From IMG/VR virus record IMGVR_UViG_3300013830_000007, positions 24,323 to 88,322 of that record: a stretch of 64,000 nucleotides of DNA. One strand, written 5' to 3'. The position numbers and the translations under genes are program-made. The DNA comes from a virus. Lineage: Duplodnaviria; Caudoviricetes. The notes beneath the pieces were generated by a model that had not been told where the DNA came from, searched no databases, and was given only the letters and a program-made list of their open reading frames with translations. Below, in pieces: positions 19,656-28,142 of the stretch (position 1 is its first letter; every line of letters starts with the position of its first letter).

Positions 19656-20363
19656 ATGGCAACCGGGGAACAGAACAAATTAAATGCTATTAAAGGTATA
19701 GCCAGATTGGTTAGCTGTTCTGCTGAAGAAAAAACTAATTTAGCTAATGAAACTATACCTAAAAATGTTGTTGTCAAAGTAGACGACGAAAATGACGTAT
19801 ATATAGGAGATGGAGTTTCTTCATTATCAATCTTATCTCCGTTTAAACCGTCTACTGCTGGCAACGCAGATAGCGCAAACGAATTCACTGAAAATCAGAC
19901 CATTGAATTAAGAGGAGATATAGCAGGAACTGCTTCTTCTAAAGCTGGTTGGACTATAGATGCTGCTCTTAATGAAACTGGTGTAACTGCTGGTACCTAT
20001 GGGCTTGATAAAGATACAGTTGGAAATAATAACACTATTATAAATATACCGCAGATAACAGTAAATGAAAAAGGGTTAGTCACTCTTATAACCACGCATA
20101 CACTTCAAACAGTTAACACTACAACAGATCCATATGAAGTATCTGCTGATGAAGCTATTGAAGGTGTATCCGTTCAAGCCGGAGTTATATCTGCTGCTAC
20201 ATTAGAAAGCAAAATTAATAATTCTTTTACCAAATATGAAGCATCTTCAGACGATATAAACAATTTATTTATTGACAATTCAGATATAACATCTGAGACT
20301 GATGCTTCTGACACTTCCGATACTACTGAAACTTCTGATACCACTACTGATACTACCGAATAA
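19656..20363 (+). CDS. Tail fibre-associated protein (Mtd N-terminal-like segment plus a tail-fibre repeat)
   Basis: VYIGDGVSSL resembles the K.GDG...W..L motif; GVTAGTY...PQITVNEKGLVT is a fibre repeat; C-terminal EASSDDINNLF. Confidence 0.6.
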   Translation: MATGEQNKLNAIKGIARLVSCSAEEKTNLANETIPKNVVVKVDDENDVYIGDGVSSLSILSPFKPSTAGNADSANEFTENQTIELRGDIAGTASSKAGWTIDAALNETGVTAGTYGLDKDTVGNNNTIINIPQITVNEKGLVTLITTHTLQTVNTTTDPYEVSADEAIEGVSVQAGVISAATLESKINNSFTKYEASSDDINNLFIDNSDITSETDASDTSDTTETSDTTTDTTE

Positions 20364-20446
20364 ATTTCTTATTGAATAGCTTATTTAATGAAACTATGAA
20401 ATGATAGCTACGACTATCTTTTATCAACTAACATGAGGACTCAAAT

Positions 20447-21025
20447 ATGTCTGTAGTTACTAATAAGCTTATTGACCTCGGGCGCCTCTCTAAGTTCAAG
20501 GAGCTCATGGATGGTTCCGTTGACTCCAAGCTTGCTGCACTTAAGGTCAAAATTTCTCAGATTGTTTCTTCTGTTCCTACTGTAGACACTGCTGAGGAAG
20601 GTGTTCTTTACTGGGTTCCTGCCAAGGGTGATGGCGAGTATGAGATCTGGGCGAAGGAGAACGTTGACGGTACTCCTACCATGGTCAGGAACTCTTCCAT
20701 CTCCATCAGCGGTGATCTTGACGGACTTCTTACCAAGGATGAGGCTAAGGCTACTTACTTTAACGGAGTAACTGTTGCTGATGCTACTGTAACTCTGTCC
20801 CGTCCGGATGGTTCTTCTGTACCTGTTACCGTTGATAATGTTGCCAATGCTGGTAAGGCTACTAACGATGGTAACGGCAACAGCATCGTTGATACCTATG
20901 AGACTAAGGCTGATGCCAAGGCTCATGCTGATGCTGCTGAGGCTACTTATCAGAAAGCAGATGACATTACTCTTGCAGAGGATTCTGATATTACTGCGCT
21001 CTTTGCTACTTCTACACAGTCTTAA
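20447..21025 (+). CDS. Putative tail fibre segment or adaptor
   Basis: N-terminal KLIDLGRLSKFK, VDNVANAGKATNDGNGNSIVDTYETK fibre motif, C-terminal AEDSDITALF. Confidence 0.6.
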   Translation: MSVVTNKLIDLGRLSKFKELMDGSVDSKLAALKVKISQIVSSVPTVDTAEEGVLYWVPAKGDGEYEIWAKENVDGTPTMVRNSSISISGDLDGLLTKDEAKATYFNGVTVADATVTLSRPDGSSVPVTVDNVANAGKATNDGNGNSIVDTYETKADAKAHADAAEATYQKADDITLAEDSDITALFATSTQS

Positions 21026-21047
21026 TTAAAATCATTGGACAATAACT

Positions 21048-21362
21048 ATGGCAGTTAAAGCGACTAAGCTTATCAACATTGATCGTCTTAAGACTTTCAA
21101 GGATAAACTTGATGAAGCTCATAGTTCACTTATAAATACCAGAATAACTAACGATCAGACCAATCGCATCAGTAGCATAACTGTCGATAGTACTACAAAG
21201 TTGCCAAGTGCTGCATCTATGGTTACTGGTAACCTGTATTATGTAGCTGATGGCACTACGGTTACGTTATATTTCAAAGATAGTGAAGGCAACGTATATC
21301 AAAATGCTTCAGCTGCTGTTGAAGAGGCTACTGTTGATGATATTAATAATCTGTTCAGTTAG
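21048..21362 (+). CDS. Putative tail fibre segment or adaptor
   Basis: N-terminal KLINIDRLKTFK and C-terminal EATVDDINNLFS, both shared with neighbouring genes. Confidence 0.6.
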   Translation: MAVKATKLINIDRLKTFKDKLDEAHSSLINTRITNDQTNRISSITVDSTTKLPSAASMVTGNLYYVADGTTVTLYFKDSEGNVYQNASAAVEEATVDDINNLFS

Positions 21363-21423
21363 TTAATATCTTATATAAAATAAGGGTAGGATAATATGAA
21401 TCCTACTCTTATTTGTTTTTATT

Positions 21424-22884
21424 TTGAGGATTTTACTTATGAGTGGAATTATCACAATTGACCTACTTAGAGATTTCTTAACTAATCTTAAAGGATTATT
21501 TGTAACCAAGACAGATGCTGAAAGCACTTATGAAACTAAGGCAAACGCAGCTAATATCTATGAAACTAAGGCAAACGCAGCTAATATCTATGAAACAAAG
21601 GAAGATGCGGCTACTCACTTAACCAAGACTGAAGCAAGTAAAACTTACATTACTAAAGCCAGTGCAGTCAGTCTGATTTTAGCTGGAAGCAATGCAGCTA
21701 CACATCTGACTAAGACTGAAGCAGCTGATACTTATGTCACTAGAAACGAGTTAGGAATGTATGACTATTCCATCATTATTGATTTTAGTTTAAGCGATCC
21801 AGCTTCTATGATCACTTATACTGATGACGTCGATATAGCTCCTATGGATACACGATGGTTCGATGTATTAGGGCTTAAACTCTGTGTGCTCAAGAATGGT
21901 GTAGTTCAGTATTATCTTAATCCCAATGATGTTACTAAGAAATTAGATGGCAGTGCTGCTGATATTACCACACTTGGTAATGATGTCATGCTTGAAATAC
22001 CTAGAATGGGAACCAACTGTTTATGGCTGGATAGTAACCGTCTTAAAATCACTATTACCACTGCTCCTAACAGAACCGGATACGACTATCGTGCATTCAG
22101 TCTTCATAAATACAACGACTGTGATAAAATTTATATAGGAAGATATCACGCCTGCTTAGACAATAACAGACTGTATAGCAGCAGCGGTAAAACTCCTATG
22201 GTATCGCAGACTCTAGCACAGCACCGTACCTATGCTACTAACCGCGGTGTTGGATATACTAATATCGGTATCTGCGACGATATACTGCTGCAGTGCTTAT
22301 ATCTGCTTATTGTAAGAAACTTCAACTCGCAGAGTGCAGTTGGCAGAGGTATTTGCGATCACGCAAATACGCGCAACACTACTGGCGGAGCTAATACCTT
22401 CGGTTGGCTTAATACTGGTTCTCCCAGAAAAAACGACGGATTTAATACGGCTGTTTGCTGTTTAGGTATCGAGAATTTCTGGGGCAATATTTATGTATGG
22501 GAAGATGGTATAATCCGCAACAGTAATCGTCAGTTTTTCATGGCTCAATACGCTGATCAGTATAATTCAGATGCTACAGGATATGAATATATAGCTCAAG
22601 CCAGTCCTACTGAATCTGGATATCAAGGCAGGTGTGCTGGCATACCTAAATTCATCTTCATGCCTGATGCATCTATTGTCGCTGCTTCCGGTCGTGGTGA
22701 ATCAACCTATATGTGCGACTATCAATGGATTGACGAATCTCGTACGGTCATTGCTGTTTTTGGTGGCCACTGGTACCTTCGTTCGAAGGTTGGTGCTTTC
22801 TGCCGTAGTTTGTGCTATCCGGTTTCGGATGCTGAGACCTATGTTGGTTCGCGCCTGTGTTTTAAAAAAATAGCTGAGAATTGA
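21424..22884 (+). CDS. Tail fibre / receptor-binding protein with C-terminal FGE-type C-type lectin domain (DGR-target-like); probable start at ATG 21439
   Basis: YETK repeats, GIENFWGNIYVWEDG, and C-terminal FGGHW...GAF....VGSRL typical of DGR target variable regions. Confidence 0.75.
   Translation: MRILLMSGIITIDLLRDFLTNLKGLFVTKTDAESTYETKANAANIYETKANAANIYETKEDAATHLTKTEASKTYITKASAVSLILAGSNAATHLTKTEAADTYVTRNELGMYDYSIIIDFSLSDPASMITYTDDVDIAPMDTRWFDVLGLKLCVLKNGVVQYYLNPNDVTKKLDGSAADITTLGNDVMLEIPRMGTNCLWLDSNRLKITITTAPNRTGYDYRAFSLHKYNDCDKIYIGRYHACLDNNRLYSSSGKTPMVSQTLAQHRTYATNRGVGYTNIGICDDILLQCLYLLIVRNFNSQSAVGRGICDHANTRNTTGGANTFGWLNTGSPRKNDGFNTAVCCLGIENFWGNIYVWEDGIIRNSNRQFFMAQYADQYNSDATGYEYIAQASPTESGYQGRCAGIPKFIFMPDASIVAASGRGESTYMCDYQWIDESRTVIAVFGGHWYLRSKVGAFCRSLCYPVSDAETYVGSRLCFKKIAEN
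21529..21597 (+). repeat. 30-bp tandem repeat inside the fibre gene (YETKANAANI x2 plus a partial copy)
   Basis: tatgaaactaaggcaaacgcagctaatatc is repeated perfectly. Confidence 0.9.
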
Positions 22885-22897
22885 TGGATGAAAATGC

Positions 22898-23100
22898 TTT
22901 TGGGGTCTGGGGCCCCAAAAGTGTCCTTACATTTTCATTCTCAATTCTCGCCGTGAAACGAATATAAATACAGCAGCTGTCTTACTGAATTGGACATGGG
23001 CAGAATAGCTGCAATGAAAGGTTGGCTATCTAATAGTACTGAGCAACTATTTATGAATCAATTACAGCTCATCAAATTGATTAACTATATCAAATACAAC
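22898..23100 (+). pseudogene. Putative collapsed DGR remnant: hairpin after the variable region, plus a degenerate RT C-terminus
   Basis: Hairpin ttttggggtc-tgg-ggccccaaaa; a start-less frame from 22957 encodes ELDMGRIAAMKGWLSNSTEQLF, resembling the S(Y)xGWL thumb end of DGR RTs. Confidence 0.4.
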
Positions 23101-23104
23101 TTAC

Positions 23105-23380
23105 ATGGAGATTTTACCGAATATGATAGACAATGGGAAAATACAATGTTCTGACGATAAAGAAATCATCTATGCTAAAGATTATGTATATGTTCATAAA
23201 GATATAGAGAAAGTTGAAATAGAAGATAACGGTAAGACTGGTGTTGTATACAAGTGTCATGAGTATAAATATCCAGTTATGGAATATATTGAGTTAATGA
23301 AAGCTCAGGCAGATTCCACTGAACAGCAGAGTGCTATTTCGGCACTTCGCATCAGTAACCTTCTTCAGAGTGAGGATTAA
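23105..23380 (+). CDS. Small tail-module protein
   Basis: 91 aa; resembles the small proteins that follow fibre genes in gut phages. Confidence 0.6.
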   Translation: MEILPNMIDNGKIQCSDDKEIIYAKDYVYVHKDIEKVEIEDNGKTGVVYKCHEYKYPVMEYIELMKAQADSTEQQSAISALRISNLLQSED

Positions 23381-23383
23381 ACT

Positions 23384-23905
23384 ATGGATAGCAAGATAGT
23401 CAACGGACTTGCAGCTGGATATAAAAATAAGTTAGTAGACCGCAATGATCTTATTCAGTCTTATACCAACTGGTTATGCGGCGGTGATGGCTTAACTCTT
23501 GATGACGTTAAGCTTGTCACTGGTGTATCATCTATCGATGAGTTCCTCAGCATCGATGAATACAAAGAAGTTCTTCATAAGGTACTTAAAAATGTTATGA
23601 AGACTAAGAGGAAGACTGTAACAGTAGCATATGACAATGATGTCTTTGATGCAAATGAAGATGCTCAAAACAACATGATGGTACTGCTTAAGTCTCTTGA
23701 CCTTGGTGCTACTACTGCTTATATCAGAAGCACTAATGAAACCACTCACGCACTGACTAAAGCTCAGTGTAACGAATTATCGTTTTTAATGTTACAGGCA
23801 GTACAAAATCTGTATGCTACTTATTGGCAACTTAAGGATAAGTTAGCTAAATGTACTACCTATGACGAACTCAATAACTTTGATTTAACCTGGCCTAAAA
23901 ATTAA
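23384..23905 (+). CDS. Tail fibre assembly protein (DUF4376-like)
   Basis: VFDANEDAQNNM...LYATYWQLKDKLAKCTTYDELNNFDLTW matches the DUF4376 pattern. Confidence 0.6.
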   Translation: MDSKIVNGLAAGYKNKLVDRNDLIQSYTNWLCGGDGLTLDDVKLVTGVSSIDEFLSIDEYKEVLHKVLKNVMKTKRKTVTVAYDNDVFDANEDAQNNMMVLLKSLDLGATTAYIRSTNETTHALTKAQCNELSFLMLQAVQNLYATYWQLKDKLAKCTTYDELNNFDLTWPKN

Positions 23906-23953
23906 AAAAAAAAATAAAAAAGATAGATGCACCCACATAGGAGTGCATCTATC
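23904..23953 (-). terminator. Terminator between convergent units
   Basis: gatagatgcac/gtgcatctatc stem with a long A/T tract. Confidence 0.7.
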
Positions 23954-23983
23954 CGCTATATTAACAGATCAGGAACTTAAAGA

Positions 23984-24625
23984 TCAAAACTTAATATCTT
24001 CGTATTCTTTCTCAAACTCAGGCATGTCACTGAGAATAAAGCTATCCTGATCGATTATCTTTTTATTGTTATCTATAGCAACAAAATGAAGTCCATCTGC
24101 ATTAGTCTCAATAATCAAATAAGAACCAGCTCCTTTTGGCTTATTGCGTCTAACTGCCAGATCAATTGCTTCATTCTTAGATTCTTCGTATGATAACTGT
24201 TTATCGTTTACATAGTCATAATCTATCATAAACTTGAAGTATTCATCGATGTATTCATCAGCAATAAAGCGCCGCTGATATCTATCGATAGCTTCAGCTA
24301 CTGAATCTACTTTTTTGCTAAAAGCGTAAACCAGTAACTTATCTGCATCGAAAATACTTTTAAGTTCGCACAGCTTACCCTCATCATACAGTTCAGAGTA
24401 ATAGAAATCGTGATCTACTAAAACCGTACATCCAGTAGCAATAGCTGCATTCTTAAGTTCAGTCATTGACTTAACGCCAAGACTTCTGAAAAGTGGCATG
24501 CTTACCAGATTGTAAGTCATCATGGTCATCTTATCGCTCTCGACTGAGTCGCACTGTCTATCGGAAGCAAGCAACTCAGTAATCGTCTTAAAATGATTGA
24601 GATGAGTATAAATACAGTGTATCAT
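23984..24625 (-). CDS. Hypothetical early protein
   Basis: 213-aa ORF with GAGGA RBS. Confidence 0.7.
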   Translation of the reverse strand: MIHCIYTHLNHFKTITELLASDRQCDSVESDKMTMMTYNLVSMPLFRSLGVKSMTELKNAAIATGCTVLVDHDFYYSELYDEGKLCELKSIFDADKLLVYAFSKKVDSVAEAIDRYQRRFIADEYIDEYFKFMIDYDYVNDKQLSYEESKNEAIDLAVRRNKPKGAGSYLIIETNADGLHFVAIDNNKKIIDQDSFILSDMPEFEKEYEDIKF

Positions 24626-25014
24626 CCTCTTTTATCTCCTAAATCATAAAAGTCAGTAAAATACTGCCTAATAGCCTTAGGCAACGGTTCATCGTCAAAC
24701 TCTAAGATATGTTCATGTATTGTCTCCTGTCCATAAAAAGCATCATCTGCTTCATCGATAACTGACCAATAATCAACGAACGCTTTAAGTGATGATTCAA
24801 CAGTGTCCTGATCATAGTCTTGCTTAACTGATTTCTCAATCCATATTTCAGTTGCCAGTCTAAGTGCAAGCATTCGTTCGAGAGCGGTATTTGTTATTAA
24901 GCAAATCCATACTCCGTCTTTCTTGACTTTATAATACTCGTAATGCATCTGATCAGAATGAATAGCAACAGTAACATGACTATGTTTATTAAGTTCCTCC
25001 TTAATTTTCCGCAT
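24622..25014 (-). CDS. Hypothetical early protein
   Basis: 130-aa ORF with AGGAGG RBS. Confidence 0.75.
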   Translation of the reverse strand: MRKIKEELNKHSHVTVAIHSDQMHYEYYKVKKDGVWICLITNTALERMLALRLATEIWIEKSVKQDYDQDTVESSLKAFVDYWSVIDEADDAFYGQETIHEHILEFDDEPLPKAIRQYFTDFYDLGDKRG

Positions 25015-25016
25015 AT

Positions 25017-25069
25017 AACCTCCTAAAAATCCAGCACAAATATTTCACGTGCTGGATCACTTCAAATAA
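25017..25069 (-). repeat. Hairpin plus RBS cassette, copy 1 (copy 2 at 25556-25608)
   Basis: 53-bp repeat with 1 mismatch; atccagcac/gtgctggat stem, then TTTT and AGGAGG on the minus strand. Confidence 0.85.
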
Positions 25070-25086
25070 GATTAATTAAACTCAGA

Positions 25087-25551
25087 TTATTTCACTTGCG
25101 ATCCAAAACCGTAATGATCTGGTTCATATTTTCCTTCAGCCACATCTTCGAGAACTCCAAACATTTTCAGTACACGTTCCTGAAGTGCCTCTGTATGAAA
25201 ACTCAAGTTGAATCTTAACTCGTGATCAGAACCATCCGGAGTTATGATAATAGCAAACTCTCTAATCTGTTGAGCATTCTTCGGAGGATACGTTGCAATG
25301 ACATAACCCATGGTTCTGAGATGCAGATATCCTTCGCCTTTAACCTTCACAACTTCCTTAGTATCCGGATCGATAACCTCAAGATCAATCTTCCACATCT
25401 TAGGATCATCTGGAGTACGAGAATGCGAAGCCAGCAAATACTGTTCACTTTCAGGATGCTCAGCATTAACCTGAATAAAGTTGCACTTCTCTACTTTGAG
25501 ACTAAGTAGCGAATAATACTTAGTCTCAGGTACGTCTTCGATTTTATACAT
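25087..25551 (-). CDS. Early paralog-family protein (start MYKIED at 25551)
   Basis: AGGAGG RBS supports the shorter start; shares the D.DT.E.V.V.G.GY pattern with the 26046 and 26552 ORFs. Confidence 0.75.
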   Translation of the reverse strand: MYKIEDVPETKYYSLLSLKVEKCNFIQVNAEHPESEQYLLASHSRTPDDPKMWKIDLEVIDPDTKEVVKVKGEGYLHLRTMGYVIATYPPKNAQQIREFAIIITPDGSDHELRFNLSFHTEALQERVLKMFGVLEDVAEGKYEPDHYGFGSQVK

Positions 25552-25555
25552 ATAA

Positions 25556-25608
25556 AACCTCCTAAAAATCCAGCACGAATATTTCACGTGCTGGATCACT
25601 TCAAATAA
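25556..25608 (-). repeat. Hairpin plus RBS cassette, copy 2
   Basis: Near-identical to 25017-25069. Confidence 0.85.
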
Positions 25609-25619
25609 AGTTAATTAAT

Positions 25620-25997
25620 TTAGATTACGTTCAGAATCTGTTTAGGCGCACAGAGCGCTGTTGCTACTGCTCTCCTGCTTTCTTTCGGAACAAACACCTG
25701 AGTTGAAACCATGTGATTATTTGTCCAAACAGTCACAATACCCGTAGCAATGTAATTAGTCGTAGGGTCAGTAACATCGCCAAAGTCAACTTCAAGATCG
25801 TGCGAATTTAATTCGCCAGCAATCGTGACGTTGTGCATCGGATTGCTCTGTTCTACAATAGAAAGCTGAGCACTAACATGCTTCGTACTAGAATCACAAC
25901 CACAAACCTTGGAAATCGCACCGTTATTAGCATCAAAATCCAGTTGTGTCTCTGAACGCTCAGACGTTCTAACACAGATACAATTAAAAACGTTCAT
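25620..25997 (-). CDS. Hypothetical early protein
   Basis: 125-aa beta-rich ORF with GGAGG RBS. Confidence 0.7.
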   Translation of the reverse strand: MNVFNCICVRTSERSETQLDFDANNGAISKVCGCDSSTKHVSAQLSIVEQSNPMHNVTIAGELNSHDLEVDFGDVTDPTTNYIATGIVTVWTNNHMVSTQVFVPKESRRAVATALCAPKQILNVI

Positions 25998-26045
25998 ATA
26001 AAACCTCCGTATAACTAAACAAAAGATGACAATGATTATTATTCA

Positions 26046-26546
26046 CTAATCATCGACATCGTACGCTCCTTTATTAAATAAGTCATCTTTTTCAAAGCAG
26101 TGGATGAGCTTTTGTGCTGCTACTTCACTCATACTAAGTACATATTTTGAGTAATTATCTACACTCCAATCAGCTTTCGATAAATCCCACACAATTAATT
26201 CAAGCGTCTCAATTGATCGCTTCGAATTATTTAGTTTAGAACGAATGCACAAATCTGCACGTCCATTAATGGAAATCGTTTCATGCGTATCTATACCCTC
26301 AAGCATTCCAGAAACCTTTGGTGTACAACCAAGGTTTTTAATACCTGTGGTTCTAACGTAGCCATCACCACGTGCTATAGTGTAACTGCGACCAGGAAAT
26401 GTAACGTTCAGAAGTTTAATATTAAACTTCTTGTCTTTCAGTCCCAACTCATCCTCAGGATGCATTTTAACGTGCTCTAAATCAGAGCATCCTCTGACAT
26501 GCTCTATGTCAGAGTGTCCTCCAAGTTCGTCAAAACTCATACTCAT
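26046..26546 (-). CDS. Early paralog-family protein
   Basis: TIARGDGYV and YVLSMSEVAAQKLI match motifs in the 26552 ORF. Confidence 0.7.
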   Translation of the reverse strand: MSMSFDELGGHSDIEHVRGCSDLEHVKMHPEDELGLKDKKFNIKLLNVTFPGRSYTIARGDGYVRTTGIKNLGCTPKVSGMLEGIDTHETISINGRADLCIRSKLNNSKRSIETLELIVWDLSKADWSVDNYSKYVLSMSEVAAQKLIHCFEKDDLFNKGAYDVDD

Positions 26547-26551
26547 ACGAT

Positions 26552-26887
26552 CTACTCCTCCATTCCGAATGCACTAATGATGGCACGTTGCGCTGCAGTG
26601 TCAGTAACGTGCAACACATAGTGATCTCTGCCACCATCAGCATCAACAATACTCAAATTGATCTTGCCGCCAACGACATTCTTAAAAATGCCTCTAGTAG
26701 CAGTCTTATAAGTAATGAAACCGTATCCAGAAACCAGAGCCTCTTCTCCGGTTTCCTCGTCAATCAAATGTGCTTCCACCTTAGAGTCATCGGCAGAACC
26801 AATTGTCATGCTCACATAACCATCTCCCGCTGCAACGATAGTTGAGCAATTGCACTGCAGTACCTGAAGTGATTTAATTTTGTACAT
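26552..26887 (-). CDS. Early paralog-family protein (start MYKIKS at 26887)
   Basis: GGAG RBS before 26887; TIVAAGDGYV and YVLHVTDTAAQRAII motifs. Confidence 0.7.
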   Translation of the reverse strand: MYKIKSLQVLQCNCSTIVAAGDGYVSMTIGSADDSKVEAHLIDEETGEEALVSGYGFITYKTATRGIFKNVVGGKINLSIVDADGGRDHYVLHVTDTAAQRAIISAFGMEE

Positions 26888-27200
26888 TGTTTTTCTCCGT
26901 TTTATCAAAAACAAGACGTCCCGGCAACCAGTATGCATTAACCTTAGGGTCAAGTACACCTATGTCCTTAAACATCTTATCTATCAATTCTAGCTGATGA
27001 CTATCAGTAATTTCTATCTGAACAATGTCATTGGTCTTAACATCATGGACCGCTAGAATCGAGTTACCTGCAAAATAAATAGCAAAACGTCCTTTAAAAA
27101 GGATGTTCTCATTTTGTTCGTTAGATGCAACAGTATAGAACTTAGTATCCTCCAATTTACCAGAATCATCGGTCATCATAAACTTAACAAGTTTATACAT
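26874..27200 (-). CDS. Hypothetical early protein
   Basis: First gene after the promoter at 27243; GGAGAGG RBS. Confidence 0.7.
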   Translation of the reverse strand: MYKLVKFMMTDDSGKLEDTKFYTVASNEQNENILFKGRFAIYFAGNSILAVHDVKTNDIVQIEITDSHQLELIDKMFKDIGVLDPKVNAYWLPGRLVFDKTEKNNVQN

Positions 27201-27242
27201 AAACCTCTCCTAAAACTAACTTGATAAATTCAAGTCAGTTAA

Positions 27243-27269
27243 ATAATATATAGATATTTTTATTTTGAA
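27243..27269 (-). promoter_or_regulatory. Early-type phage promoter motif
   Basis: Minus strand TTCAAA-N11-TATATATTAT. Confidence 0.65.
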
Positions 27270-27305
27270 ATATATTATGCTAATTCAAAATATAAGGTAT
27301 TTCAA

Positions 27306-28142
27306 ATGAATGATATCTTACGCAACTCACTTATGTTAAGACGAATAAGATTGGATATTTACCTATGTACTCAATGCGATCTTAAATGCAAGTACTGCTA
27401 TAGATTTTGTAATATCGCCGATAATGATAATTATGATTATAATCACTTGATTAAGGATTTAACTAAATTAAAAAAGAAAAATATCGCATTTAGAAAATTC
27501 ATTTTAAATGGCGGAGAACCTTTGCTATATCCTAATTTGCTTGATTCTTTTAAAAGAATAAGAAATATTTTTCCAAATATCCCAATTTGTTTACAAACCA
27601 ATGGAAAGCAATTTCTTAAAAAAGCAGATATTTTAATCCCAGCAATGAAAGAAAGCAATATCAATCTCAATATCAGTGAATACAGAAAAACTAATATTGA
27701 TTATAATAAAATCTTCAATTTATGCAGCAAAGCTGGTATTTTGTATAATGATGTATGGAGTATTCGTCTTAATAATAAAGAAGTGCAATTTGATACTGAA
27801 AAAATAGGAATGAAAAAGAAATCAATGCAGGAGACATTGATCAATTATCAGAACAAATGTAGATGCACCTGTATTTGCTTATGGAAAGGTAAATTTTATA
27901 GATGCGGTAAAAGTGCTTGGATAAATATCTTAAATAAAAAATATAATACTGAATTTAAAGTAGCTGAAGATGATTATCTTGATGTAGATAGTGTTAATTC
28001 CACAAAGCAACTTTTGAATTTTATTAAAACGCCAGGTTCATTTTGCAGATATTGCTTTAATAATAAATCTGGAGCAAATGACTGTTGCCCATGGTCTAAC
28101 GATTCACCGTCAAAATCCGATTGGATTGTGGAGGAAGAATGA
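27306..28142 (+). CDS. Radical SAM protein with a Cys-rich C-terminal (SPASM/twitch-like) region
   Basis: CDLKCKYC (CX3CX2C), NGGEPLL, QTNG, then CTCICLWKGKFYRC and FCRYC. Confidence 0.85.
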   Translation: MNDILRNSLMLRRIRLDIYLCTQCDLKCKYCYRFCNIADNDNYDYNHLIKDLTKLKKKNIAFRKFILNGGEPLLYPNLLDSFKRIRNIFPNIPICLQTNGKQFLKKADILIPAMKESNINLNISEYRKTNIDYNKIFNLCSKAGILYNDVWSIRLNNKEVQFDTEKIGMKKKSMQETLINYQNKCRCTCICLWKGKFYRCGKSAWINILNKKYNTEFKVAEDDYLDVDSVNSTKQLLNFIKTPGSFCRYCFNNKSGANDCCPWSNDSPSKSDWIVEEE

